Assembly: GCA_000388065.2 (NCBI GenBank)
Contig: KB932207.1
Direction: 5' to 3' (one strand)
Length of the DNA: 64,000 bases
DNA from: Fonticula alba ATCC 38817
Lineage: Eukaryota > Protista > Nucleariida
The position numbers and the translations under genes are program-made. This document shows positions 51,485 through 63,077 of the stretch, one piece after another (position 1 is the first letter of the stretch; each line of letters begins with the position of its first letter). The notes under the pieces were generated by a model. The model was not told where the DNA came from and made no database searches. It worked only from the letters and a program-made list of their open reading frames with translations.

Positions 51485-52070
51485 GAAAACATGTCACTAT
51501 GACGTGGAAGCATTGGAGACGCCGGTGAAGGCCGGCCAACGCACGGGCTATGGACCGCCAACGACAGGGACTGGGCTGACAACAGGTAATACCCGCAGGG
51601 AGACCTGACGCCACGGCAACAGGCGACCGGGTACAGTGGGCGAGCGCTGGTCAGGGGGAGCGATCATAACACACCAACACCAACATCAACATCAACATCA
51701 GCAGCACACAAGGGGTCGAGCGTCCGCACCACTCGCACAGCGACAGGCCCGGCGAGGTGATATAGGAGGGCTGGCCAGGAGGGCGTGGGGCCTGGCGATC
51801 GGCCACCACATCTCCGGTGGCCGGAGTGCCAACACCGGAGACCGACCACCGCACAGCCAGGCAGGCAGCCGGCTCGGGAGCCAGCGAGAACCCAGTCAAC
51901 CAGGAAGCCACGGCATCTCGGTGCTGGTCCTGCTGCTGTTGCTGGTCCTGCTGCTGCTGCTGGTCCTGCTGCTGCTGCTGATCCTGTGGATCGCACGACT
52001 GGCTGGCCGGCTGGCCGGCGGTTGACGAGCCGGACGGCCAGTCGGCTGGCAAGTCAGCCGAGGGAAGCAT
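49742..52070 (-). CDS. WRAP53: WRAP53/TCAB1 (WDR79, Swt21-like) WD40 Cajal-body protein, about 545 aa
   Basis: Exons 52070-51730, 51604-51491, 51429-51260, 51154-51087, 50973-50891, 50815-50706, 50608-50069 and 49953-49742 (total 1638 nt). Motifs 'CE|WSPCGYYLLS', 'LLDAQWCP', 'YAISARDLPVQLRD..GQ|VRFSIAAKNQYDEIEAPARLAFSPD', 'GLLTGLAVHP...LVAVGS', 'GVSHLAF' and 'VAEWDIR'. Some boundaries (51490, 50068) are less certain. Confidence 0.8.
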
Positions 52071-54503
52071 GATCGATCGCACAGGAAGCTGTATGTAGAG
52101 GGGGGGGGGAGAGAGAGAAAAAGAGGAGGGGGAGGAGTAGGATGATGGGGAACTTGGGGCTCCGGCATCAGAAGTGCCCTTGCAATTGAATAGAGCATCA
52201 CCACCCGGGTCATGGGGGGAGACTCCCCTTCGCGCACGCGTTCGCGCTCACCGCCCCTAGCGCCCATCCCGGCCAAAAGCAGATCCACCCATGCACCCGC
52301 AACCAATCACCCCCCGCAAGAACGCGTGCCGGGGAGATCTCCCTGCCGGGGGGGGGGGGGGGGCCTTCGGCCTGCCCGCCGTCCATCACGCGTAGGAGCC
52401 GTCAATGCAGATCCCTGGCTGGCTGGCTGGCGTGCCAGGACACGCGGAGTCAAGATCCGGAGCCGTGTGCTCCTGAGCCCCGCCATGGACACGCGCGCCA
52501 GCACCCGGGAAACACCTCCTCTCCCCGGCGCATCACCCTGCGGTGCGGACCGCCCCCGAGCCCCGGCCCGCCCGCACGGCCTCCTCCGCCCCCTTCCATC
52601 CTCCTCCCCGGCCCCCCCCCCCCACCCCTTACGGTCGCTGTGTGCGTGCGGCAAAAAAAGGGCGGCCAGGCAGAAAGCAAAGCGCGTGCCCCTCTCTGTC
52701 TCTCTTGGGGAGGAGAGAGAGAGGAAGAGAAAGGGAGGAGGAATTCAATTATTAAGGAAGTAGAGGGGGAGGAGGGGGGACGAAAATGAAGGGCAAAAAA
52801 GGGCAAAAGCAAAAGAGGGGGGGGGGCTTGTAACAGGAGCTACTATCAAACGACGTCCACTGAGCAAAGAACGCTGTTAGCGAATCTCCGTCGCCCTGGC
52901 GCCGGCTTCGGCGGCCGGCGGTTACCGCTCCCGGCATGCGGAGACCGAGGGGGAGGTCCCCTCCCAGAACGGGAGGGGGCACCCCATCGGGCCCCACCAG
53001 GAACGGAGGATGCCAAACACACCGACGGCACCAGGGCCTAATCTTGCCATCAATTGAAACCGACCTGGAACGAAGATCCAGGCCAGGGATTAAATGAGGC
53101 GTCACACACGAACACATGAAGACAATCCGGCACAAGAGGGGGGCGGGGGTGTACGCAGAGAGAGAGAGAGAGAGAGAAAGGAGGGCAAAAGACCACACGC
53201 GAAAAAAAAGAAGGGACCACATGCGGGGAGGTGCGCGTGCGCACGGGCACACGGACGGGTACGTCTCCCTCTTTCTCCTGCCCGGAGCGCGCCGCGTGCC
53301 CGAGAGTGCAGGTAGTATGGGGGGGAGGGCGCGGCACACACAGCGGGCCTCGCTTGGCCTCTTGAAGTGCAGGTGGGGGGGGGCACCTGTGTGCACGAAA
53401 AAGGCGCGTCTGCGCGTACGCCCAGCGCCGCCGGGGGAAACACCACGCACTGCCGCGCCACCGCCGCTTCGCCTGCACGGACACATACACACACCCGGGA
53501 GCAACCACATGACCCGCCCCTCCTGGTACCTTCCCCTCCTCCCGGCAGGTGCCCCGCCTGTGCAGAGACAGACAGACACACATACATGTCGGCATGTGGC
53601 GCACAGCCGAGAGGAGGAGGAGGTTGAGAGGGGGAGAAAGAGGAGCGCGAGCTGGCAGGCCGGCAGGGGAGGAAGGGGAGAGGGCGTGGAAGCGCGAGGA
53701 TGGACACACGGACGGGAGGGAGAACGCGCGCGCGCGCGCACGCACACATGGACACACCAAGAGGGAGGAGCGAGGCAGCCGGCGGACATGCTCCCACACA
53801 TACGTACTCCAGGGCGTCGGGCCGAGGGGGACAGGAGAGGAGAAGGAGGAGACGGGCGAGTCCGCGGCCACGAGCACACGCGCGCGCCACACGTGCACAC
53901 ACACACACACACCACGACGACCTCCCCGGCGACATCCTGCCCAAAAGAGGGCAAGGAGGCGCGAGGGCCGGTGGAAGAGGCGGCGGCGGCGGTGACGGGA
54001 GGGGGGGAAGGTGCGCGGGGCGGCGGCTCAAGTGGGAACTGTATTCCACAGGAAGGGCGCAGGGGGAGCGCGCGCGGCGCCCCACCTGCCCCCACGAAAG
54101 GGGGGGAGGGGAGAGAGCGGCGGGCGGCACACAAGGATCAACACCCTGTCACACGGCGGCGGCCAGGAAACGGGGAAGGGGGGAAAAAAACAACCCCACC
54201 GCCACCACCACCATCAGACCGCCGCCATGGCGCGTGTCAGGGGAAATCGAGCTCGGCAGACGGAAGTGCGCGCGCGCAGGCGCGCACGCTCGACTGACAA
54301 GCTCCATCTGAAGCGGGACATCCCCCTCTCTCGCAGGGGCTCCCTCCCGGCCGACAGCAGGGGAGGGGGAGGAGAGGGGGAGACACGGGGCAGCAGGGCA
54401 CACGGCCGGGGAAGGAAGGAAAGAAGCAAGGACGGGGAAAGGGAGAGGGGGGAAGGGCTTTCGGCCCGGGGGTCATGCATCCTCCATGGTCCGACACACC
54501 AGC

Positions 54504-54953
54504 TTAGTTCTCCTCCTTGAAGGAGATGGCGGCCTCCTCACCCATGGCCTTGAGGATGGTGACGACGATGTTCTTGTCAGAACCCTGGAAGGCCTCCTGG
54601 ATCTTAAGGCCAACCTCGTCCTCGGTGAACTTGATGTCCTCGCGCTCCTCGTTGGTGTCGGTGTTGATGAGGTGGTAGTAGCCGTCGGCAATGTCGAGCA
54701 GGGTGTACTCAGTGCGGGTGACGAAGGGGACATCCATGTTCATGGTGGACATGGCGCTCTCCTCGTACTTGCGGCCGGTGAAGATATCGACGGCAGTCAT
54801 GTTAACCTTGGCACCACCGTGCTTACCGGTCTTGTGGGTGGACATGTCGGTAATCTTGCAGGGGCGGTCCTTGATGATGACAAGACCGTTCTTGCGCAGG
54901 GCAGAGCACTGCACGGGGTAGGTGAGGCCGCTAGCCTGGCCTTCGCTGCTCAT
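54504..54953 (-). CDS. EIF5A: Translation factor eIF5A (divergent), 149 aa
   Basis: ATG at 54953 and an intronless CDS. 'TYPVQCSALRKNG..IIKDRPCKITDMSTHKTGKHGGAKV...DIFTGRK' and C-terminal 'AMGEEAAISFKE'. A probable 5'-UTR intron at 55170-54986 (GTACGT...CAG). Confidence 0.95.
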   Translation of the reverse strand: MSSEGQASGLTYPVQCSALRKNGLVIIKDRPCKITDMSTHKTGKHGGAKVNMTAVDIFTGRKYEESAMSTMNMDVPFVTRTEYTLLDIADGYYHLINTDTNEEREDIKFTEDEVGLKIQEAFQGSDKNIVVTILKAMGEEAAISFKEEN

Positions 54954-57648
54954 TGTGTCGTGACTAACTCGAAAATTTCCAAACACTGCAACACCGGCGC
55001 GTGGCGGGGTGGCGGGGGCCGACCATCAGAGCACGCGGAAGCGGGGAGGGGCACGGGGAGGGAGGAGAGAGGGAGGGGGGAGGGGGCATCCTGTTAGACG
55101 CGCTGTCGGGGGCAGGGGGGAGGGGGGAGGGGAGGGGGCCGAAGAGGTGGGGCAAGGCGCGGACACGTACAAAGAAAAATTACGAGTGAGAGGGGGCGGA
55201 AAACTGGGACACTGGTGGCCAGGCAAGGGGCCTAAAAAAGTCCCCCCGTCCCCGCCCGAGCGCGCCCACCCTTGCACACAGACACGGACGCACGCGGGCA
55301 CACACACACACACACACATGCGCACAGGTGCATACGCACACCCACCCGCCTCACACCCCCGCCCCCTCCGCCCCCACCCACGAGTGTACTCGTGCCCCAC
55401 GCGTGGACGGGCACAAAGCGCACGCGGCGCGCGCGACCACGGACCCCCCCCCCTGCGGCCTCCCTGCGCCCGGTCACCACGCCTCGCGGGGTCCCACGCA
55501 GGCACAACCCCCGGTGGCGGCTTGCAGGGGGGGGGGGGGGCGCCGGGGCAGGNNNNNNNNNNNNNNNNNNNNNNNNNNNNNNNNNNNNNNNNNNNNNNNN
55601 NNNNNNNNNNNNNNNNNNNNNNNNNNNNNNNNNNNNNNNNNNNNNNNNNNNNNNNNNNNNNNNNNNNNNNNNNNNNNNNNNNNNNNNNNNNNNNNNNNNN
55701 NNNNNNNNNNNNNNNNNNNNNNNNNNNNNNNNNNNNNNNNNNNNNNNNNNNNNNNNNNNNNNNNNNNNNNNNNNNNNNNNNNNNNNNNNNNNNNNNNNNN
55801 NNNNNNNNNNNNNNNNNNNNNNNNNNNNNNNNNNNNNNNNNNNNNNNNNNNNNNNNNNNNNNNNNNNNNNNNNNNNNNNNNNNNNNNNNNNNNNNNNNNN
55901 NNNNNNNNNNNNNNNNNNNNNNNNNNNNNNNNNNNNNNNNNNNNNNNNNNNNNNNNNNNNNNNNNNNNNNNNNNNNNNNNNNNNNNNNNNNNNNNNNNNN
56001 NNNNNNNNNNNNNNNNNNNNNNNNNNNNNNNNNNNNNNNNNNNNNNNNNNNNNNNNNNNNNNNNNNNNNNNNNNNNNNNNNNNNNNNNNNNNNNNNNNNN
56101 NNNNNNNNNNNNNNNNNNNNNNNNNNNNNNNNNNNNNNNNNNNNNNNNNNNNNNNNNNNNNNNNNNNNNNNNNNNNNNNNNNNNNNNNNNNNNNNNNNNN
56201 NNNNNNNNNNNNNNNNNNNNNNNNNNNNNNNNNNNNNNNNNNNNNNNNNNNNNNNNNNNNNNNNNNNNNNNNNNNNNNNNNNNNNNNNNNNNNNNNNNNN
56301 NNNNNNNNNNNNNNNNNNNNNNNNNNNNNNNNNNNNNNNNNNNNNNNNNNNNNNNNNNNNNNNNNNNNNNNNNNNNNNNNNNNNNCGGGGTTGGATGCCG
56401 CCCGGCACGCGTTCCGCCCGCCCCCCACGCCGGGTCGCGAGGCCCGAGGACGCGCGGCCTCCCACAGCGCTGCCCCCCTTTCCGGCGGTCGGGATGCCAC
56501 CCGGGAAACGCGGGGGCCCCGCCCCTCAATGCACTGGCCGCGCGCTTGCCGGCCAGCGTGGCCACCCCCCGCCGGCCCCGTCTCCCCCGGAGCCCTGCCG
56601 CCCCGGCGGCCGCCACCCCTCCCCTCGGGCCGCCTGGCCAAATACACCCCGCGCCCAAGAGGCGAGCAGGACCGAAAATCGTGGCACCGCGGCGGCCCGG
56701 TGGCCGGGACTTTAGCTTCTGCCCTGACCGGCTTCCTTAAAACCTGCGGTCGCCCGGTTTCCAGTGCCTCACCCGCCTGAGAACGGGGGCCGGGCCCGGT
56801 GAGGAGCGCCATTATTCCGTCTTTTGTATGTTGTCCAATATGTAGATACGTGTTGTCGCCGAGAAGATCACGCCCCCTCGATCACGCCCGAAGCTCGTTA
56901 CAGATTTAAAGTCCCCCACCCGAGTGGTTCCACCATCACCCCCGCCCCTGTGTCCGATCTCCCCCCCTCCCCCTGACTGGCCCGACACAAGTCGCGGCCC
57001 CGGCTTGTGACTGCTGGAAAGCGTTCCCGGTCCCGGCGTTGTACACACACACACACACGCCCCAGGCCCAGTGCAGGGGAAGGGGGACATCGGCAGGGGG
57101 GGAGGCCCCACGCCAACCGAGGCCCGGGAGAGCTGGAGAGGCCATCCGCTGGCATGCACCCGTCCCCGGGCCCCCGGGACGGTCCTCGCACCAGCCGGTT
57201 GTCGATCGGCCTGCCCTGCTGCCCGCACGGGGAGGCGCGCGCCTGGCGACACTCTTCTTTCTTCCTTTGTTTCCGCATGTTCGCCACACGCTGATCTACC
57301 CCTCCGCCCGGCGCCGCAGCCATTGTGTCTGCCACACTCACTCACACGGCGCCGGCCCCGGCAAAGTAGATGCCTCGAGGGCGACCCCGACAAGGGAGCA
57401 TTTTGCGCGTCCATGCCATGGGCGCCAAACACGCAGAAAGTGACCACACCCTCCTTGCCCCCTTGCCTCTCCCCCCCCCCCCCACCTCCCNNNNNNNNNN
57501 NNNNNNNNNNNNNNNNNNNNNNNNNNNNNNNNNNNNNNNNNNNNNNNNNNNNNNNNCCCCCCTCCTCCCATTCCCCCCTCTCGACAGCCACCTCTCCCTG
57601 CCACACTCCGACCCACTCCCACCACCTCCCCCTCTGTCCGATCGCCCC

Positions 57649-60171
57649 ATGATGGACCACCCGACGCCAAGCCGGGCCGAGTCCACGCATCACAAGCGCC
57701 GGCGGCTGAACGCCTCGCCGGGTCTCGCCGATGACCGGACCGAGCTGCTCGACGTCGAGGAGGACTTCGGGACTGACATGGCCCCGCCGCTGATGCCCCC
57801 CCCTCCGACAGTCAAGCCAAGCTCCATCCTGCCGGCCCTGTCTTCCCTGTCTGCCAGTGTCATCGGGCCCCCGGCTCCCGGGAACACACCGGCCCTCGCC
57901 AACCGGGCCGTCAGCGCTGCCAGTGCGGCTCTCAGCGGCGATGCCTCCTCCTTCGGCGGCATGGTCCTCGGGGTGACCGCCGAGTCCGGGGCTGCTGAGC
58001 ACCATCACGCCCCGGCGCCCGCAGCCCTCGAGCGCATGGGCTCCGTCAATGACAAGAGTGCGCGCCCCCTGTGGGCCTTCCCTGTCTCCTCCTTCCCCCC
58101 TCTCTCCCTCCCTCTGCCCGCCCCCACTTCGCTTTGTCTACACACACACACATGCGCACTACCCCGTCCTCCTCTCCACCTGACCTGTGCTCGCAGTTCA
58201 AGCCCTTGAGGCCCTGTCCCGCGCGCGGCTTGCCTCGCTGAATTCCCTGCAGCAGCGCCATGACAGCTTGACCGCCGATTACGAGGCCCTTGTGGAGAGG
58301 TGCCAGGCTCTCGGGGAGCAACGCGAGCGCGACCTCGCCGCACTCACATCCAAGCACAAGGGGCAGCTGCTTCTTTTGCGCCAGGGCAACCGGGTGCCCG
58401 ACTCGGAGCTGAGCCAGCGTCTGGCCGCAGCCGAGGGCACCGTCGCCGAGCTGGAGCGTCGCCTGGAGCAAACCCGCTCCCGAGCGGCTGGAGACTTGGC
58501 CACAGCCGAGGCGGACTTCCGTGCCCAGCTGGCTCGTGCCACTTCCTCGCTGGAGGCCCAGCTGGCCGCAGCTGAGGCCGAGCTCGGCCGGGCCAATACC
58601 GCGTCGACCGATGTGCACGCCGAATTGACCGCCCTGCGCCGGGAGAATGACGCCCTTCGGGAAGAGGGGGCCGCGCTGCTGGCGCGCTTGCGCCAGGAGG
58701 ATGCCGTCCGTCGACAGATGCACAATCGCATCCTCGAGCTCCAGGGCAACATCCGGGTGTTTTGTCGGGTCCGCCCGGCATTGGCCGACTCGCCGGCCGA
58801 GGCCGACGCTCCGCTGGCCGCCATCACCATCAGCAGCGCGCCGGAGCTGGCCGGCAAGCATCAGGTGACGCTGGTGGCCTCGTCAGCTGGCGGCGCCGCG
58901 ATGTCTTCCGGCTCGGCCGGGGCAGCTGGCGCTGCGGCTGCTGCTGCGGCGGCGGCCGCCGCCGCCGCACAAGCTCGCCGCCGGGGAGTTCCCCTGCGCA
59001 CGAGCTTTGCCTTTGACCGGGTGTTTGGCCCCCAGGCCGACCAGCTGTCGGTCTTCGAGGAGGTCCAGCCGCTGGTCCAGTCGGCTTTGGATGGACATCG
59101 GGTGTCCATCTTCGCCTACGGGCAAACCGGCTCCGGCAAGACCTTCACCATGGAGGGGGCCGGGGCCGGTCCTCCCGGTGAGGATTTGCCCCCGGCGGCC
59201 GGGCTGATCCCCCGCGCGGCACGGTACATCTTCTCGTCGGTGGCTCGCAAGGCCGCCGAGACGGGCTGGGCTTGTCGCGTGTCGGTGTCCGTGGTGGAGA
59301 TCTACAATGAGACCATCCGCGATTTGCTGGCCCCCCCCGGGCAGTACGCCCCGGTGGGTGCCGGCCCCGGGGGAGGCGGCCCGGGACCGGGCCCCGGTGC
59401 GACCGCGGCGGCGGCGGCTGCCGCCTCGCCACCGGTCCGCCATGAGATCCGCATGCACTCATCGGACCCGCGGGATGGCGTGTACGTCAGTGACATTCTC
59501 ATCCGGGTGGTTCGATCGGAGGAGGAGCTCCACAGCCTCCTTGGCCTGGCCTCGCGGAACCGGTCCTCCGCCTGGACATGTGCCAACAACCGTTCCAGCC
59601 GGTCGCATTGCCTGGTCACCCTGCGGCTGGAGGGCCAGGACCCCGGGGCCCCGGGGCTCACTTCCTCCGGCATGCTCAATCTCATTGACCTGGCCGGGTC
59701 CGAGCGACTGACGGATGTCCCGGCGGCCGAGGCCCTGGCCGGTCTGGCCGGTGGTCCGGGCCCGCGCGCGGCCAGCGGCGCCGCGGCCACCGGCGTCCGT
59801 GAGAAGGAAACCCGCGCCATCAACCTCTCGCTGAGTGCCCTGGCCGATGTGATCGCCGCCATCAGCGCCCAGCGTGTGCATGTGCCCTTCCGCCATAGCA
59901 AGCTGACCCAAATGCTGGCGGACTCGCTGACGCCGCCGGCCCCGGCCCCGGCCGGCGCGCCGACCGGCTCCGGCCCGGCCATCTGCCTGGCCACCGACAC
60001 CAGCACCCTTCTGCCGCCGCATGTGCCGCGGCCGCGGCACCTGAACATCGGCAGCCCGAAGGTCTTGATGCTGGTTGCCGCGTCGCCGCTGGCCATCCAC
60101 ACCTCGGAGACGCTGAATTCCCTGCGCTTCGCGGCCAAGGTCAACAGCACGGTTGTCGGTGGGGGGTCGCT

Positions 60172-60207
<36 letters not shown>

Positions 60208-60427
60208 CGTGGCCCCGGTCGACTCGCCAGCTGGCCCTGCCTCGCGGCGAGATTTCTCCGCTTCCGCGTACAACCCCCTGAGCCCGCTGGCCTCGCTGTC
60301 GGCGTCGACTGCCTCTCCGCGGGGGGGCTTCCACAATGAAGGCCCCGCTGGCCCGGGCGGGGGGCGTCCGTCCGGCCGATCTGCCGGCACCTCGTCCATC
60401 GGGTTCGGGTCCTCCTTCGCCCGGTGA
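57649..60427 (+). CDS. Kinesin-14 (Kar3/Ncd/KIFC1-like, C-terminal motor), about 879 aa
   Basis: Exons 57649-58057 and 58197-60427. Disordered tail, coiled coil, neck 'RRQMHNRILELQGNIRVFCRVRP', P-loop 'IFAYGQTGSGKTFTMEG', switch I 'NNRSSRSH', switch II 'LIDLAGSER' and 'HVPFRHSKLT'. An upstream exon near gap 57491-57556 cannot be excluded. Confidence 0.94.
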
Positions 60428-60989
60428 ACGCCGGTAAAAAAGCCCATGCTCTCCTTTGCCCCTTCTCCTCCCCCGGGCACTGAGGGTGGGGATGTGCGCG
60501 TGCATGCGTGCGTGCATGCGTGCGTGTGCGTGCATGCGTATGTGTGCACGCACATGCACGCACATACATGCTCCCTTGTCCTTGTTTCCCTGTTCCTCGC
60601 CGCCTTTCCCCACCTGCGGTTATACATATTCATCTAGATGTCACCTATTGTCTCGCAGCCATGTCCCTTCCCCCCCCCCCCCTCTCTCTCTCTTTCTCTC
60701 TCCTCCTCCTCTCTTTTTTCCTGCGACCATCGCGAGCCGTGCAGTCCACCGCACGCGTTGTTTTCCTCCTTTTCTTTCGCCACAAAAGTTGTTCCCAGGT
60801 GTGGGAGGGTGTAATGCATGGGGGCGATGTTTTTTATTGACTGAAAATGGCGGCGACGGGGGAGAGAGGGACAAGCATGCATCAGACTCGGTGCAGCTGG
60901 TCCTCCTCCCCCTCGCTCATCCTCGGCCTCCCTCTCTTCCTCGGATCTCTTCATCAGGTGGCAGGGGGCGGAGTACGGGTGGCGATGAG

Positions 60990-61069
60990 GGTGGTTGGGG
61001 GTGGGGGGGGTGGGGGGGGGGGGGGGGGGGGCGGGGGCGGAGGGGGGCCGGGGTGGGGTGTGGCGGGGG

Positions 61070-61103
<34 letters not shown>

Positions 61104-61143
61104 CGCGGGGGCGGGGGCGGGGGCGGGGGCGGAGGGGGGGGGG
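60990..61143 (+). repeat. Extreme G-rich tract (long poly-G runs, G-quadruplex potential)
   Basis: About 150 nt made almost entirely of G runs, between the convergent 3' ends of kinesin-14 and the PGRMC-like gene. Confidence 0.9.
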
Positions 61144-61500
61144 ATGAGGCGAAAAGGGGAGAAGGGAGCAGGGACACCTCGGCAGACCTCCGGCGAAAAT
61201 GACTGGCGATGCGGGAGGAGGCACCGTTAGATGGTTGAGGCGCGTCGAGGACAGCGAGGTTCCTCTTTCCCTGGTTGTGTCGTCCTCTCGCTCTCTGGGC
61301 TGGCTGACGATGATGGCAGGGAAGTGGCTCGCATGGTTGTGGGTGTCTAACAAAATGGTTTGCCCCCCTGGCGGAGAAAAGGTGGACGAGAGGGAGCCAC
61401 ATGGGCCCCGGTGTCTTTTTCCTGGCCTCTTGGTCTCACCTTCTTTGTTTCTCGCCCCCTGCCTCTCGCCCGCTCTCTCTTTCTCTCAGCGGCCATGCGT

Positions 61501-62480
61501 CTACTCCTTCATGGAGGGAGATGACTGGGCACTCTTGCTCTGCTGCTTGGCCAGGAGGCGCGCCTCGTAGCCGACGCGCTCGAGGGGCCCGCCCGGGGTC
61601 TTGGCCACCTCGAGCCAGCCAATGCGGGTGTACTTGCTCAGGAAGAAGCCATGCCACTCGGTCATCGAATCCACCTCGGCCTTGGTGAGGTCCTCGAGAG
61701 GGTCGTATTCCTCGGACACCTGGGTCCATGGGGGGCGGGGGGGGGGGGAGCAGCAGCAGGAGGCGGGGGTGAGTTTGAGAGGGAACTTGGCAAGGGCAAT
61801 CGGGGGCGGCAGGGGACGCGCACCATCGAGGGCTCGAAGGAATACTTGGCCATCCCGCGGGACGCGTCGCGGCCGGCAAAAATCGAATAGTCGGATTCTG
61901 CGGGAGGTGGGGGGGGGGGCAGCACGCGTCGGGACAGGGCATATCATGGGAAGCGCAAGTTAGCATACATGAAGGACAGGTCGGGCATAGGGCGCTTCGG
62001 GGGGGGGGGGGGGGGGGGGGGCCACTTTCCGGGACTCCCGTAGAACTTGGCACCCTCAGACACATCGAAGACGGTGCCATCCACGGCCAGGGCCAGGATA
62101 CGGCGCTTCGGGGGGGAGGACGGGTCGGCCGACTCCACGGCGGCGGGCTTGTCGCTGGGAGAGTCGAGCAGCTCGCCGCGCATGGTGCGGAGCTCCTCCA
62201 GGGTGTAGCCACGGAGGCAGATGACGCGCGGGTGGCGGACAGCCGGCCTCTTGGGCAGAGGGGTGAAGAGGATCCGCAGGAAAATGACCAGCAGGGCAAG
62301 GAGGAACTATGGCGCCGGCATGGCTCGCGGGTTAGTGCGGGCGCAAATGTACACACGGCCAAGGGCCACATCCGAGCCCCGGGAAAGGGGACGCACCCAG
62401 TTGAAGCCGTTTGTCAGGAGCATCCGGAGGAGGGAGCCCTCCTCCAGTCCGGCAAAGAGAGGGCCAGATAGAATGGACAT
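61501..62480 (-). CDS. Membrane-associated progesterone receptor / Dap1-like cytochrome b5-like heme-binding protein, about 215 aa
   Basis: Exons 62480-62397, 62306-62036 (donor position uncertain), 61897-61824 and 61719-61501. N-terminal TM segment, then 'YTLEELR', 'LAVDGTVFDVSEGAKFYG', 'DYSIFAGRDASRGMAK' and 'YDPLEDLTKAEVDSMTEWHGFFLSKYTRIGWL'. Confidence 0.92.
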
Positions 62481-63043
62481 TCTTGTGATTGGGCGGGGCG
62501 GATGGGGCCTGGTGGGGATGTGGCCGTGTCTGTGCCTGTGTCTGTGTGTGTGTGTGTGTTTCCACCGGTTCGGGCGGCACTCGGACTGTGTCCTGTGGTA
62601 TGGGGCGCGAAGGTGAGGGTGCCTGGCAGTGGGCAGTGGGCAGGGAGCAGGGGGAGGAGAAGGGGGAAGGAGAGGAGGGAAGGGAGAGGGCGCGAAGGGC
62701 AGTGTGGCCTCGAGGCGAGGGGATCAGCGCGGAGGGGTCTCACTTATCTTCCCATCGCGGCCACTCGGGCGGTCTTGGGCTGTGCCCGGGCCCGGATGGC
62801 CCTGGCTGGCGCGGGGTCGTGAGATCCTGGCCTGGATCGGCCTCTGGCAGGGAGGCCCGCGCGCGATCGGGGCGGGGTGGGAGGAGCCGGGCCCCTGGTG
62901 CCCTGCGTGGGGCTCCTGCCTGAGATCGGCCCACTTGCGGGTGACCCTGCTGCGCGCCGGCGTGCCCTGAGACAGCCCCGTGTGCTGCTGGCGCGGGGGC
63001 CGGGAGAACCGGGCGCCCTTCAGAATCAGCGAGAGGCAGAGAA

Positions 63044-63077
<34 letters not shown>

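Noticed and set aside
52752-54134. 460-aa minus-strand ORF and donor/acceptor-like motifs between eIF5A and WRAP53
   Set aside because: The translation is dominated by microsatellite-derived VCVC/SLSL runs, and I could not build a phase-consistent model with any recognisable domain.
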